From: Alloascoidea hylecoeti
Taxonomy: Eukaryota
DNA: 64,000 nucleotides
Assembly: GCA_001600815.1 (NCBI GenBank)
Contig: BCKZ01000015.1
Span: 434,001-498,000 of the forward strand
Direction of reading: 5' to 3'
The notes below the pieces were generated by a model. The model ran no database searches, was not told the DNA's origin, and saw nothing but the letters and a program-made list of their open reading frames with translations. Shown one piece after another: positions 24,632 through 35,813 of this stretch. A program made the translations under genes and the position numbers. Every line of letters starts with the position of its first letter. Position 1 is the stretch's first letter.

Positions 24632-25935
24632 TTCAACCCATCCCTTCGTTCTACTAGTGTCTTTCCCGGCTCCTTATCTTCTCCATGTTTTAGCAACTAA
24701 AACAAGGCCAAGTGGAGCTTCCCCTCATCATTTTCTTTAATGTAGTCCTTCCAAAAATTTCATGGTTGGATAAATTCGGTATCTGCAATATCCCCCTGTT
24801 ATGCTTCATTTTATCCTGATGATTTCCCAACGACTTATCTTAACGCTACTCCCAAAATGTTGGGCCGAGAAATAAAAAATGAAGATGAATTAGAACCATT
24901 TCCATCTTGCAGAATTTATTTTGGGTTGAGGAACATTTCTGGTTCTACACATATGCATATAACTTTTCTTCGTGAATATTAATTATAAATGGGGACCAAA
25001 ATAATATCTGAAAGATTTGAAATGGAATCCATCAGACATCAGTGTACTGCGCATGGATTTATCATCACTTCTTATTTCTTTCACACTTAATGTTTTCTAA
25101 TTAAGTCTTTATTTAATTTATAATCATAATTTAATTTTGAGGCTATACCATAATATAACTTCCACGACATCTATAAAAAGAAAATTATATATATGATGGC
25201 ATTAATTATTGCATTAATTATTAACCTCAGCTTAAATTTCTTCACTTGCTATATTGATGTTACTGGTTCTGGATGACCATTCAGTTATAATGATAATATA
25301 AAGTTTAGATCTCTAATTGAGGCTCTAATTTTCGATACCTTTATTAATTGAGTTTTTCAAATTAAATGGAAGCTTCAATCTAGCTAGATAGACATTATTT
25401 TTAGTGAGTCTGAGTCATGATGATATTTTATATATGTAATTATAAATTATGACGTTGCATAATTAGGGAATTTTAAGGGCTCATATCGTATATGTATATT
25501 AATATTCGTAACCACTTACGATTTCAGAGGCTTCTTATAAATTGATACCTTCCACTAAGAATAGTATCATTCTTGCTTACCTTCATTTTTCAGGCATATT
25601 ACTTTATATGTAACAGAAGCGTATAAATTAGATAATCTCAGCACTGCCAAAGGAATGCTGTTGTTATAATTATGTAACTCAAAAATCTAGATCTTCTACT
25701 ACGTAATGCTAAATTAATAATGTAATGAGCATACGCTTAAAAAAAACTATGTATATAGTCTTAATTATAACTTTAAAAAATTTGAATCTATATAAAGTCT
25801 TTTCATATTCCTGCTCATCTTCAATTTATTATTCTCTCATCTGAATAGCTTAATCTATATTGATATATCTGGTTTAATAACTATAAAACTAATTGACGTA
25901 CAATTTATCCTGCTATAATTACAATCATCATCACA

Positions 25936-26265
25936 ATGGTCAACTCATATGAATCAGATATTTCTATTAACTCTACGGTTTCAGAGCCTGAAGAATCATT
26001 TATCAATGTTGTTATTTACAAAAAAGATCAATTAAATCAATTTCCATCTCCTTGTAACCACCCCAGTCAATTGAAGAAAAAGCAGGGCAAATCTAGAACA
26101 CTACAACTATCATTCCCTGCATCTAAATTTCCCGAAAAGTTTCTTATGAACGGGTTAACAGGAACACTCAGTGATAAAAGTGGTAGACTTCATACAGATT
26201 ATGCTTCTCCTACTTGTCATCCATCTCTAATAAAGGCTCGACGCATCTTTGTTGTCCAAGGATAA
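25936..26265 (+). CDS. Small orphan ORF (109 aa), coding status uncertain
   Basis: ATG in ACAATGG context, TATATAAA ~145 nt upstream, open 110 codons in very AT-rich DNA. No homology recognised. Confidence 0.3.
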   Translation: MVNSYESDISINSTVSEPEESFINVVIYKKDQLNQFPSPCNHPSQLKKKQGKSRTLQLSFPASKFPEKFLMNGLTGTLSDKSGRLHTDYASPTCHPSLIKARRIFVVQG

Positions 26266-27743
26266 CCCATCATGATAATAAGAATGCTTATTATTTGATT
26301 ATAAGTTGGACATCTGTACATTATAGCATCGGGAAATGGGGGAAAAATGGCCCATATATTAAAGTATAATTTTTTTATTGATATACTATAAATTGTCTTA
26401 TTTTATGTTAGTCTAATATACCGTTTATCAATTTAATGAAAGTTACTCATTATAAATGTTTATGTTCTCCAGTAGTAACACTTGTAGTGAATCCGGCTTT
26501 ATTATCATTCTTGTTGAGATTAGATGATGCTTATGACACTCTATTAGATCTTACAGTGCATGACTTAGAAATAGCTTCATTCGAGGGTGGGTTTTTGATC
26601 GATATCTTTCGAATCTGGCTTTTGGAACATTGTTGAAAACGTGCTAAGTTACTGCTAACAATAGTGAATGTCAAATCTTCCCCAACACACATATGTCCTG
26701 GTTTTTCTGAATAAAGCTCCTCAAAGGTGAACTCTTTGAATAGTCTAAAACTATTCTTCCTCTCCACTTGTTCTAATTAATTCAATTTCCAATATTGACA
26801 GGTAGCGCTGGATATATCTACATATATGAAGTCCGATATTTACTCACAATAAATAAAAATTAGGCTTTAAACTTAGTAAAACTTAAAATATCATTCTTGA
26901 ATCAATTAATCAAGTTTTCAAAGTTCAAACTGAAGTCCAAAGGAATGGGAATATGGTTTGAACCAAACATCGAAAGAAACTCTAAAAGGAGGATCAAATC
27001 GATTTCGTGATCCTCATCAATTTTACTTATGATTGGCTAATGGAGATACATCAGAAGACTTCAATAATGTGAGGATCTGTTCACGAGGTTCTTGACTGCA
27101 GTCACATGTACCATAGAGAAAGAAAGTACGATACTTGGAATTAAAACGTCGTGATCCAACGTATAGTATATTAATTAACTGATGCTTTTGTAGACCTCAA
27201 TAGTAAGGCTTGAGTGACCGATAGATTCTGTGAACATGCAATCCTACAGCTGCCATAAGTCTTTAAAATCGTAGCACATTTTGGAGATCTCTTTAAGAAA
27301 GTGGTTAGATAAAGATAAATAAATACATGTATGAAGTTAAGATTGAAAACAGCTGCATATTTTACTCTTTTTGTCGATTTCATACATTCCTGTTAATATA
27401 GTCGGTCCGAGTTCAAAATCCAATTGCAAAATAAGCCACAATTATCCCATGAGACACCATAAGTTTTAGATCCCTTTAAGAAGGGACCGATTATTTGAAT
27501 AAATATATAAATATAGATCTATATATAAATACTATACTTTACAATGATCACTGCCTTGAAAATTTTCATTCCATATACTGTAGAAGAAACATCCTAACAA
27601 CACCAATGTTTCACAGCCCCTGGAACAGCCAAATCATATAAATTGGTATCATTCTACAGATCCTCCTTATCCATTCCTAAAGCTATTAACAATCAACTCA
27701 CCTCTTTTTCGAATTCTTGGAATACATTAGAAAACTTTCAAAA

Positions 27744-29003
27744 ATGCCATTGGCTGAATCTACTAGTAGTCTTGGAGCCGAATCTTCCAAACTCCAATCT
27801 TTCATGAATAAATTAAGTGGACAACCTGCCTCGTATGCCCATAGGAAAAACTATCTTATGGGTAAAACCCTTGGTGCTGGTTCTTTTGGTGTTGTCAAAC
27901 AAGCTAAAAACACATTGACTTCTGAAGATGTGGCCATTAAGATCATCCTCAAGAAAACTCTAAAGGGAAACGAACAGATGGTTTATGATGAGTTGTTACT
28001 ACTGAAAAGTGTCCAACATCCTCATATTGTCAGTTTAAGAGACTGGTTTGAAAGTAAACATAAGTTCTACATTGTTACACAATTAGCTACTGGTGGTGAA
28101 TTATTTGATAGAATCTGTGACTATGGAAGATTCACTGAATCTGATGCTGCCAATACGATGGTTGATATTCTAGAAGCCGTTGATTATCTACATAATATAG
28201 ATATTGTTCATCGTGACTTGAAACCAGAAAATTTATTATATTTAACAAAAGATCCAAAATCTGAACTGGTTTTAGCCGATTTTGGTATTGCTAAGAAGTT
28301 AGAAACAGAGAATGAGGTATTAACTTCAATGGCTGGATCATTTGGTTATGCTGCACCTGAGGTCTTAAAGGGTGTTGGTCATGGGAAGCCTTGTGATGTT
28401 TGGAGTATTGGTGTAATTGCTTACACCATATTATGTGGTTATTCTCCTTTTAGATCAGAATCTGTTCCGGATTTCTTAAATGAAGTTGAAGATAATAATT
28501 TCTTAGTATTTCATGAAAGGTATTGGAAATCAATTTCAAAAGATGCTAAGATATTTATCTTGAAATGTTTAGATGTAGATCCAAGTGAAAGACCAACAAC
28601 TCAAGAATTATTAAAAGATCCATGGATCTTGACTAAATCAGAAGATTACAGTAATGCTGATTTGTTGCCTAATATTAAAGAAGGATTCAATGCTAGAGCT
28701 AAGTTTAGACATGCAATTGAAGCCGTTATGTTGGCAAATAGAATTAAGAACTTGCATATGGGTGAAGATGATGATGATTCTGATGATGAGGATTTGCCTC
28801 CTGTGGCACCTGGACCAAAAGCCTCTTCACTTTCTGGTATTTTCAAATCTGCTACTAAATCATCTTTAGGATCACCTGAACAACCTCATAGGAGAAAAAC
28901 AAGCATGAATACTAAGGTATTCCAGGAAGTGGTAATGGCAGCAGCTAGAAATAAGGACGCTGTTATTGATTATGCTGATCCTAAAAAGAGTGAAACACAG
29001 TAA
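27744..29003 (+). CDS. CMK2: Ca2+/calmodulin-dependent protein kinase (Cmk1/Cmk2 family)
   Basis: GKTLGAGSFG, VAIK, HRDLKPEN, ADFG, AGSFGYAAPE, and CaM-binding FNARAKFRHAIEAV. The CMK1/CMK2 distinction is not resolvable. Confidence 0.92.
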   Translation: MPLAESTSSLGAESSKLQSFMNKLSGQPASYAHRKNYLMGKTLGAGSFGVVKQAKNTLTSEDVAIKIILKKTLKGNEQMVYDELLLLKSVQHPHIVSLRDWFESKHKFYIVTQLATGGELFDRICDYGRFTESDAANTMVDILEAVDYLHNIDIVHRDLKPENLLYLTKDPKSELVLADFGIAKKLETENEVLTSMAGSFGYAAPEVLKGVGHGKPCDVWSIGVIAYTILCGYSPFRSESVPDFLNEVEDNNFLVFHERYWKSISKDAKIFILKCLDVDPSERPTTQELLKDPWILTKSEDYSNADLLPNIKEGFNARAKFRHAIEAVMLANRIKNLHMGEDDDDSDDEDLPPVAPGPKASSLSGIFKSATKSSLGSPEQPHRRKTSMNTKVFQEVVMAAARNKDAVIDYADPKKSETQ

Positions 29004-29237
29004 TTGAGTCTTGTCATATGAACTGTCAGTTGTTCATAGATATACTCTCACTTATACAAATTGTTTTATAACATATTATATCATTACATAAACATTACTT
29101 TATTTTTGCTATCATTTATCGTTTTTATTTTAGTTGTTCAGTGTTTATCGTTAATTATGAGTTATACTAATTATCTTTAAAGGATATTATATATCAGTAG
29201 TATATACGAAATATTAGTATTTCAATTCCTTTAAATT

Positions 29238-29782
29238 TTATGCTCTTAGCATGGGTCTACTGTGAACAAATTTTTTCAAATCATCAATAACAGCAACGCC
29301 TAATACAAAACGTCTATCTAAATCGGTAACAACAGCAAATGGTTCACCAGTGGAGAAGAATTTTGCGAGATTCTCTAGCGGGGTATCAGGAGTAATTTTA
29401 ATAAATTCTCGCTGCTTGGGACCATTTTTAACGAATTTTATAAGGTAATCAGAAACTTTTTTCACTGCAAATTGATCAGCCTTCGGTTGTGATTGTAATA
29501 GTTCCCTTAGTCTATCAGCACGTAGGTATCCAATTAAGGATTTGTTCTTTGGAGAGATAACAGGGAGATATGAATATGATCGTTCGTAAGAAGCTTCAAG
29601 AGCATCCAGAAGAGGTGTTGAAGGATAAATTGTAAATGCTGGAGGCAGATCAAGATCCTCTATAGTAGCCTAATAATAGAAATATCTATTAGATTAGATG
29701 GTTGACTTATTTTACAGCGGAGTACACTTACACCTCTAAAATCTATCTTTGTAAAATCGACATTTTGCTGGGGTTGTGGCAT
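29238..29782 (-). CDS. Stand-alone CBS-pair (Bateman) domain protein. Exons 29782-29732 and 29669-29238 (160 aa)
   Basis: A GTAAGT..CTAAT..TAG intron joins MPQPQQNVDFTKIDFRG|ATIEDLDLPPA..YERSYSYLPV..LIGYL..ITPDTPLENLAKFF..FAVVTD..VLGV..DLKKFV. No PLP catalytic domain. Confidence 0.85.
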
Positions 29783-29892
29783 TTTTTGATAATGGTTGGA
29801 AGTTTAAAACAGGATAGCAGTGAGTGGTGCAGAGTGGCAGGCCCGGAAATCAAATATTCGAATATCCGAACACGCAAACCGAATCACAACGG

Positions 29893-29918
29893 CCGGGTAA
29901 CCATCACACGTCACGTGA
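29893..29918. promoter_or_regulatory. Reb1-like CCGGGTAA plus Cbf1-like GTCACGTGA in a GC-rich divergent promoter (CBS gene / ZRC1)
   Basis: CCGGGTAA at 29893-29900 and GTCACGTGA at 29910-29918. Confidence 0.5.
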
Positions 29919-30226
29919 AGTCCGGGAAACAGGAGAGCCGGGTAGCTGCTGCCCGGATTCCGGACGTGTACGGTATAAACTTTAAGGTGATTATTGGCGT
30001 TGGTACGCGTCATGGGCCGGAAGTGGAACCGATTGCTTCGTTTATTGGCCTGTGGAACGAAAACAAAGAAAATGCTGATGATGGTGCTAGTGCCATACAG
30101 CTAACCATGTTTACCATATATAATTAAATTTTTGTGTCGATTTTTACCACCTTTTTTTCGGAAACCACTTCACGTAACAATATTAATTGTCCTGTTTGGC
30201 CTTCAACTGCTGGAGAATTATATACA

Positions 30227-31492
30227 ATGGGAAAAGAAATAAGAATCGCCTCTCTCCTGGTGTTGGACTCAATCTTTTTTTTATTGGAAGTCATCGTGGG
30301 ATATGCAGTCCATTCTCTTGCTCTGGTAGCTGATTCTTTTCATATGCTAAATGATATCTTCTCTCTAGTAATCGCTTTATGGGCTGTAAGAGTTGCAAAA
30401 TCAAGATCACCGGATGCAGAGTATACCTATGGCTGGCAAAGAGCTGAAATTTTGGGTGCTTTGGTCAATGCGGTATTTCTGCTGGCTTTATGTTTTAGTA
30501 TTTTCATTGAAGCTGTCCAAAGATTTTTTGAGCCTCAGGAGATTACGAACCCTGCTCTCATTTTGGTAGTTGGAACCTTAGGACTACTTTCCAACTTTGC
30601 TGGATTGTTGCTCTTTCATGAACATGGACATAGCCATTCCCACGGTGGCGCAGAAACATCAACGTCTCATGGTCATGGACATTCTCATTCTCACTCTAAC
30701 TCACTAGAAGAGCACTCACATTCTCATGATGAAGATGAAACAGATCCATTGATTTCTGGCCAAGAAAGTGACGAGATTGAGTCTCTTTTACCTGAAGTTG
30801 TCGTTTCAAGATTAGCAAATGAAAGAACCTCTTTGTTAAAATTTCAGAGAAACAGGTCGTTTACTGGTGATATTGAAGCTCCATCAACAGCTGTGAACGC
30901 TGAAGCAAAGAAATCAAAATCTTTAAATATGCATGGCGTATTCTTACACGTCTTGGGAGATGCTTTGGGTAATGTTGGTGTTATTGCCACCGCTCTTTTT
31001 ATTTGGAAGACCGATTATACTTGGAGATTTTATTTTGACCCAATTGTTTCTTTGTTTATTACTTGCATTATTTTCGCATCTGCTTTACCATTATGCAGAA
31101 CAGCTTCTAAAATTTTGTTATTAGCTAGTCCAGAGACAATTGATACTGAATTGATTAAAAATAAAGTGGAGGCGATTACTGGTGTTAATTCAGTTCATGA
31201 TTTACACATTTGGATCCTCTCTGAGAATTTATTTGTTGCTAGTTTACATGTGGCAGTTAAATCAAATCCAGAAGAATTTATGACCTGGGCCAAGAAGATT
31301 AGATCATTGTTACATGATTATGGTATTCACTCTGCTACTATTCAACCGGAATTTATAATAGATAATGGCGTAGAACCACAAACAATTAATCGTAAGGACT
31401 CACGTTATGCTGCAACTTCTGAAGAAGCTCCAGATTGTTTGGTTGATGCCAGCTTGGTTAAGTCTGATAACTGTCCTCCAAAAAAGTTGTAA
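30227..31492 (+). CDS. ZRC1: Vacuolar CDF zinc/cobalt transporter (Zrc1/Cot1)
   Basis: SLALVADSFHMLND, YTYGWQRAEILGALVN, His-rich loop, SLNMHGVFLHVLGDALGN, VHDLHIW, GIHSATIQPEF. Confidence 0.95.
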   Translation: MGKEIRIASLLVLDSIFFLLEVIVGYAVHSLALVADSFHMLNDIFSLVIALWAVRVAKSRSPDAEYTYGWQRAEILGALVNAVFLLALCFSIFIEAVQRFFEPQEITNPALILVVGTLGLLSNFAGLLLFHEHGHSHSHGGAETSTSHGHGHSHSHSNSLEEHSHSHDEDETDPLISGQESDEIESLLPEVVVSRLANERTSLLKFQRNRSFTGDIEAPSTAVNAEAKKSKSLNMHGVFLHVLGDALGNVGVIATALFIWKTDYTWRFYFDPIVSLFITCIIFASALPLCRTASKILLLASPETIDTELIKNKVEAITGVNSVHDLHIWILSENLFVASLHVAVKSNPEEFMTWAKKIRSLLHDYGIHSATIQPEFIIDNGVEPQTINRKDSRYAATSEEAPDCLVDASLVKSDNCPPKKL

Positions 31493-31747
31493 AAAAATAT
31501 TGGATCACTGTGTATACTAAATAAAGTATAAAACTTTTTCTAGGAAATTGGTTAGTTTTTATTTCAAAATAATACTAATAGAAATTATTAAGTTTGACAT
31601 ATTTTCATCCCGTTTAATTAATAAAATCTGACATGTTTGGGTTATTCGTGTTGTATTATAACTTATACATATAATTATATAGGTGATTTCACTCTGAAAA
31701 ACATTTATAAACATAAAATTAACAAGGAAATATTGTCAAATAAAATA

Positions 31748-32146
31748 CACGTTCTCCAACAGATTCAAGTATCGCTGGAGACAATTCTAATAGTCAATAT
31801 ATGCATTTAATTTGAGCATTGTTCTGTTGAAAAATTACACTCTCAATCAAAGGCTTGAATAAACGGGTTTGCTACCTTTTGTACTTTTTTGGTATATAGC
31901 TATAGCTCTGAATGAATCCTTCCTGGAACCCCTCCATCACAGCCGAATAATGTGTATCGCTGAACCTTTTTGTGATTCTCTTATTAAACCGGTACCCCTT
32001 AGATCTCGCGGGGAGAAATTTGGCTCTCGGTAAGTTGGTTTGGTAGCGTTAGTGCGAGACGCCCCTAGCTTCACTTCAAATCCAATTTCAGCATAGGTAT
32101 GGCCATCCGCAAGATATTACTTTTTTTGTGTAGTTAGCCGAGTCAT
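31748..32146 (-). mobile_element. Heavily decayed Tc1/mariner-like transposase relic
   Basis: In order on the minus strand: HTH-like MTRLTTQKK*YLADGHTYAEIG, FSPRDLR..LIR, VIFQQNNA (31838-31815; cf. FQQDNA), and LNLLENV (31769-31748; cf. SPDLNPIENVW). Stops, frameshifts and large deletions. Confidence 0.6.
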
Positions 32147-32315
32147 TTTTTATAATTGGTATATATTTTGAATGATTAAGCATTCAATGAGTTACGTTTA
32201 AGAGCTGAATGAAACAAAGTTGTATGATATTGTTGTAATTGTCTTTCATATAGCTTTTTTTAAATATGTTAAAATTACATTACATAGTAAGAATTTGATG
32301 ATAAGTTACAGTACA

Positions 32316-34889
32316 TCACTCTATATGGATGTGTCGGTGACTGCTGAAATCTTCATAAACTTCTAACGATTCTTTCGTTATCATTCTTGGAATATTTTCA
32401 AGAACTCCTAAGAAATGTCTAAATTCTACATTTTCAAAATGAATATCTTCTCGAAATGCTGAAAGGCCTGCCTCTTGACTTACTAATGTCATATCTGCAC
32501 CAGAACATCCTTCTGTCATTTCAGCTAGTTTTTGAAGTTCTTCATCAGTTAGATTAGTTGTCATATCTTTAATAGAATTTATCAAAATTTGTTTCCTTGC
32601 TGCAACATTAGGAGGCCTGACATAAATATGTCTATCTAATCTACCAGGACGTAATAAAGCAGGATCAAGTATATGAGGCCTATTTGTGGCAGCGACAATA
32701 ACGACACCTTTTAATTCTTCGACACCATCAATTTCATTTAATAAGGTTGTTAAAACATTATCGGAACTATGCGATGAACCATCAGATGATCTAACGCTAC
32801 CAATTGCATCAATTTCATCAAAAAATATTATACTTGGAGATGCTGCTTTTGCTTTATGAAAAATTTCACGAATCTTTTTCTCAGATTCACCAACGAATTT
32901 ATTAAAAATTTCTGGACCTTTAACAGCCAAGAAATTAACACCAGTTTCTGTTGCTAATGCTTTTGCTACCAAAGTTTTGGAACAACCTGGTGGCCCATAC
33001 ATTAAAAGACCTTTAGGTGCTTTAAGACCTTTATTTTTGAAGATTTCTGCTTCTTTCAATGGTAAAGTAATCATTTCATTTAATTTTCTTTTTATTTCTT
33101 CTTGACCACCAATATCTTTCCAATAAACCTTTGGAGTTTCTAAAAAGATTTCCCTCATTGCACTTGGTCTAATTTTTAACATTGCCTTATTCATATCATC
33201 TATTGTAATTTTTAAATTTGATAAAGGAATTTTAAGATTATCACCTCTTTTAATTGCTTCCTTTGCTGATTCCCTTACTAATGCCACAATATCTGCACCA
33301 ACATAACCATGAGTTTTTGCTGCAATGGTTTCAATATCATTTTTAGACAGGCTATGTTTTGTACCCATTTTTTGATATTGTAAACGTAAGATATCCAATC
33401 TTGCATTAATATCAGGTACACCAACTTCAATTTCTTCGTCAAATCTTCCATGTCTTCTTAAAGCAGGATCAATAGAATTTGGCCTATTTGTTGCAGCAAC
33501 AACAACGACTCTACCACTATTACTCATACCATCCATCAAGGTTAATAAAGTTGAAACTACTCTACTTTCCGCTTCACCCGAATCATCACTATCTCTTTTT
33601 GGAGCTAAAGAATCAATTTCATCCATAAATATAATTGATGGTTGATATTTACGGGCTTCTTCAAAAACTGCTCTTAAAGCTGATTCAGTTTCACCTAAAT
33701 ATTTTGAGACGATGGAAGGCCCATTAATTGTTAAAACATGAGCATCAGTTTCATTTGCAACCGCTCTTAATAACATTGTTTTTCCAGTCCCAGGAGGCCC
33801 ATGTAATAAAACACCACGAGGTGGAGAAATACTAAAATGTGTGAAATATTGTGGTGACTTGAGCGGTAATTTGATATTTGTTGATAATAGTTTAATTTGC
33901 TCTGATAATCCACCAACAGAATTATAAGTTATATTCATTGGTAAATTATATTGTTTTGGAACATTATTAATGGAATATTTAATTTCAGTTTGCTGATTAA
34001 ATAGAAATACCGGAGATACAGTCGGTACGGATGGATTTTTACTGTTATAATCATGATCTTCTTCATTATCATTTAATGATAATTTTTCAAGTGTTGGGAT
34101 ACCATATGAATCTGTTATCACAACTGATAGAGGTTCTGTTTCCGAACCAACTTTAATTGGAGAGATTATTATACCAGGCATAACTATTCCAATTTCAGTA
34201 AATAGTCTCTTAACCTTATATAAGTTTTTTTCTAATAATAAAGAGGTTTCTTTATTAATTTCATTATGATTTTTATCATTAGAAATAGAAACTTCAACCG
34301 TATCTGCATATTCAATTAATTCATATTTTTTAATTTCAATTCTATCACCTAAAACCAATGCACCTAATCTTCTTAAACTTTTTGAAATTTGAATAGTATT
34401 AATTTCTACTAGATTCTTATGTTCAGCAGCAATAGCTTCACCAACAATACCCATTTCACCGGGTCTTGAAACATGTATATGCGAACCATTGGAAATATCC
34501 AAATTTTTTAGTACAGATGGATGTAGATAAATTTTAAACTGATTTTTTGGTGTGAAATTGTTTGTAGGACGGACAATAAATTGTTTAGGAATTTTAACTG
34601 GGGGATCATTATCATTTTCTTTAGAAGAAGACTTGTTTGACTTTTTGGATTGTGCCTTTTCCATTGCAATTGGTGTATATATAGGATTTGTTATATCTTT
34701 AAGTGGTGTTGTATTTGGCGTTACCAAATTTTTAAAAGGTTTATTATCTCGATCTTTTGATTTCAATGGAGTCTTCGAACCTGATGTGGTATTTTTCGAT
34801 TTTCTAGTAGTATTATAAGGAGAATTTGTAAATAATGATCCTCGACTCATAACAAAGCTTAAGGTATGTTTAATTTTTCTTTCTTTCAT
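32316..34889 (-). CDS. AFG2: Double-ring AAA+ ATPase Afg2/Drg1 (60S maturation)
   Basis: Two AAA modules GPPGTGKT and [42 protein letters not shown]. The true start may be the ATG at 34850. Confidence 0.93.
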   Translation of the reverse strand: MKERKIKHTLSFVMSRGSLFTNSPYNTTRKSKNTTSGSKTPLKSKDRDNKPFKNLVTPNTTPLKDITNPIYTPIAMEKAQSKKSNKSSSKENDNDPPVKIPKQFIVRPTNNFTPKNQFKIYLHPSVLKNLDISNGSHIHVSRPGEMGIVGEAIAAEHKNLVEINTIQISKSLRRLGALVLGDRIEIKKYELIEYADTVEVSISNDKNHNEINKETSLLLEKNLYKVKRLFTEIGIVMPGIIISPIKVGSETEPLSVVITDSYGIPTLEKLSLNDNEEDHDYNSKNPSVPTVSPVFLFNQQTEIKYSINNVPKQYNLPMNITYNSVGGLSEQIKLLSTNIKLPLKSPQYFTHFSISPPRGVLLHGPPGTGKTMLLRAVANETDAHVLTINGPSIVSKYLGETESALRAVFEEARKYQPSIIFMDEIDSLAPKRDSDDSGEAESRVVSTLLTLMDGMSNSGRVVVVAATNRPNSIDPALRRHGRFDEEIEVGVPDINARLDILRLQYQKMGTKHSLSKNDIETIAAKTHGYVGADIVALVRESAKEAIKRGDNLKIPLSNLKITIDDMNKAMLKIRPSAMREIFLETPKVYWKDIGGQEEIKRKLNEMITLPLKEAEIFKNKGLKAPKGLLMYGPPGCSKTLVAKALATETGVNFLAVKGPEIFNKFVGESEKKIREIFHKAKAASPSIIFFDEIDAIGSVRSSDGSSHSSDNVLTTLLNEIDGVEELKGVVIVAATNRPHILDPALLRPGRLDRHIYVRPPNVAARKQILINSIKDMTTNLTDEELQKLAEMTEGCSGADMTLVSQEAGLSAFREDIHFENVEFRHFLGVLENIPRMITKESLEVYEDFSSHRHIHIE

Positions 34890-35813
34890 ATCACGTTTAA
34901 ACTTTTTTCCAAAATTTCAATCATAACACCCATACATCACAAATTGAGGTCACCCAAATATTGCAATTGTCTTCTCTTTTAGGTAAATATTTCAAATGGT
35001 TCGGAATCAACGTCTCCTCAGTGTTTCCAAGCACGTCCTCATCAAAATGCCAATACAACTTGCCCGAACATTAGTACATTACGTGTACGAATAATTATGT
35101 ATCAGTCCACAAAATTTAAATGCAATTTTCCGATGTTGTGCATGGCACTGCATATGATAAATGTTGAAAGTTATTTGTGCTCTTCTGCTCTTAACTAAAT
35201 GAAGCTGAATATATTCACACTGAATTTCACAGTAGATCCAGTGGATGCCTAAACAAATGGACTAAAAGTAGACTATAAATGGTATCAATATTCAAAATAT
35301 ATATGCATACGTGCTAATTATAAGTCCATTTGTCGATATTGTTTTAAACTAATAACTCTGTATTCACAAACGCCCAATTAATATTGTTTTGTGTTAAATC
35401 ATCACGGCCCGCGGTTAATCAATTTAATGTATTTAAATATTTGAAATTTCCATATAGTATCTCCGACATATAACCGATATATCCATAAACTTCTCTGGAC
35501 TTATCTCCTATAACTATAGCATTTTTAATTAATACGACATATGCCTATAAGTACAAATGCTTGTGTAAATATATATAGATATAGTTACATTTATATATGA
35601 GGGATTTAAATCTGAGATATATAGATTATCATGTTATTTAATTTGATATTATAGGCCTAGGTCTATGATGGATATATAAAAATTCAACACACCTATATGC
35701 CAATAGCTCGGAATATGAATGATGTGATCTTCAAGTTCAATTGTTACAATTAGAATTATAACAAGAAATGTTTCCTTTTTTTGTTGAATATGTAATTATC
35801 ATATTAATCATCA

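Noticed and set aside
29702..30127. 141-aa ORF in the CBS/ZRC1 intergenic region
   Set aside because: Non-ATG start, overlaps the CBS gene's first exon and intron in antisense, and lies in a GC-rich promoter with few stops.
30320..30345. Alternative yeast genetic code (CUG=Ser/Ala)
   Set aside because: CTG falls at conserved Leu positions (ZRC1 ALVADSFHM; CMK ELVLADFG), supporting the standard code.
32080..32115. 5S rRNA-like start (GGCCATACC) on the minus strand
   Set aside because: The rest of 5S is absent; better explained as part of the Tc1-like relic.
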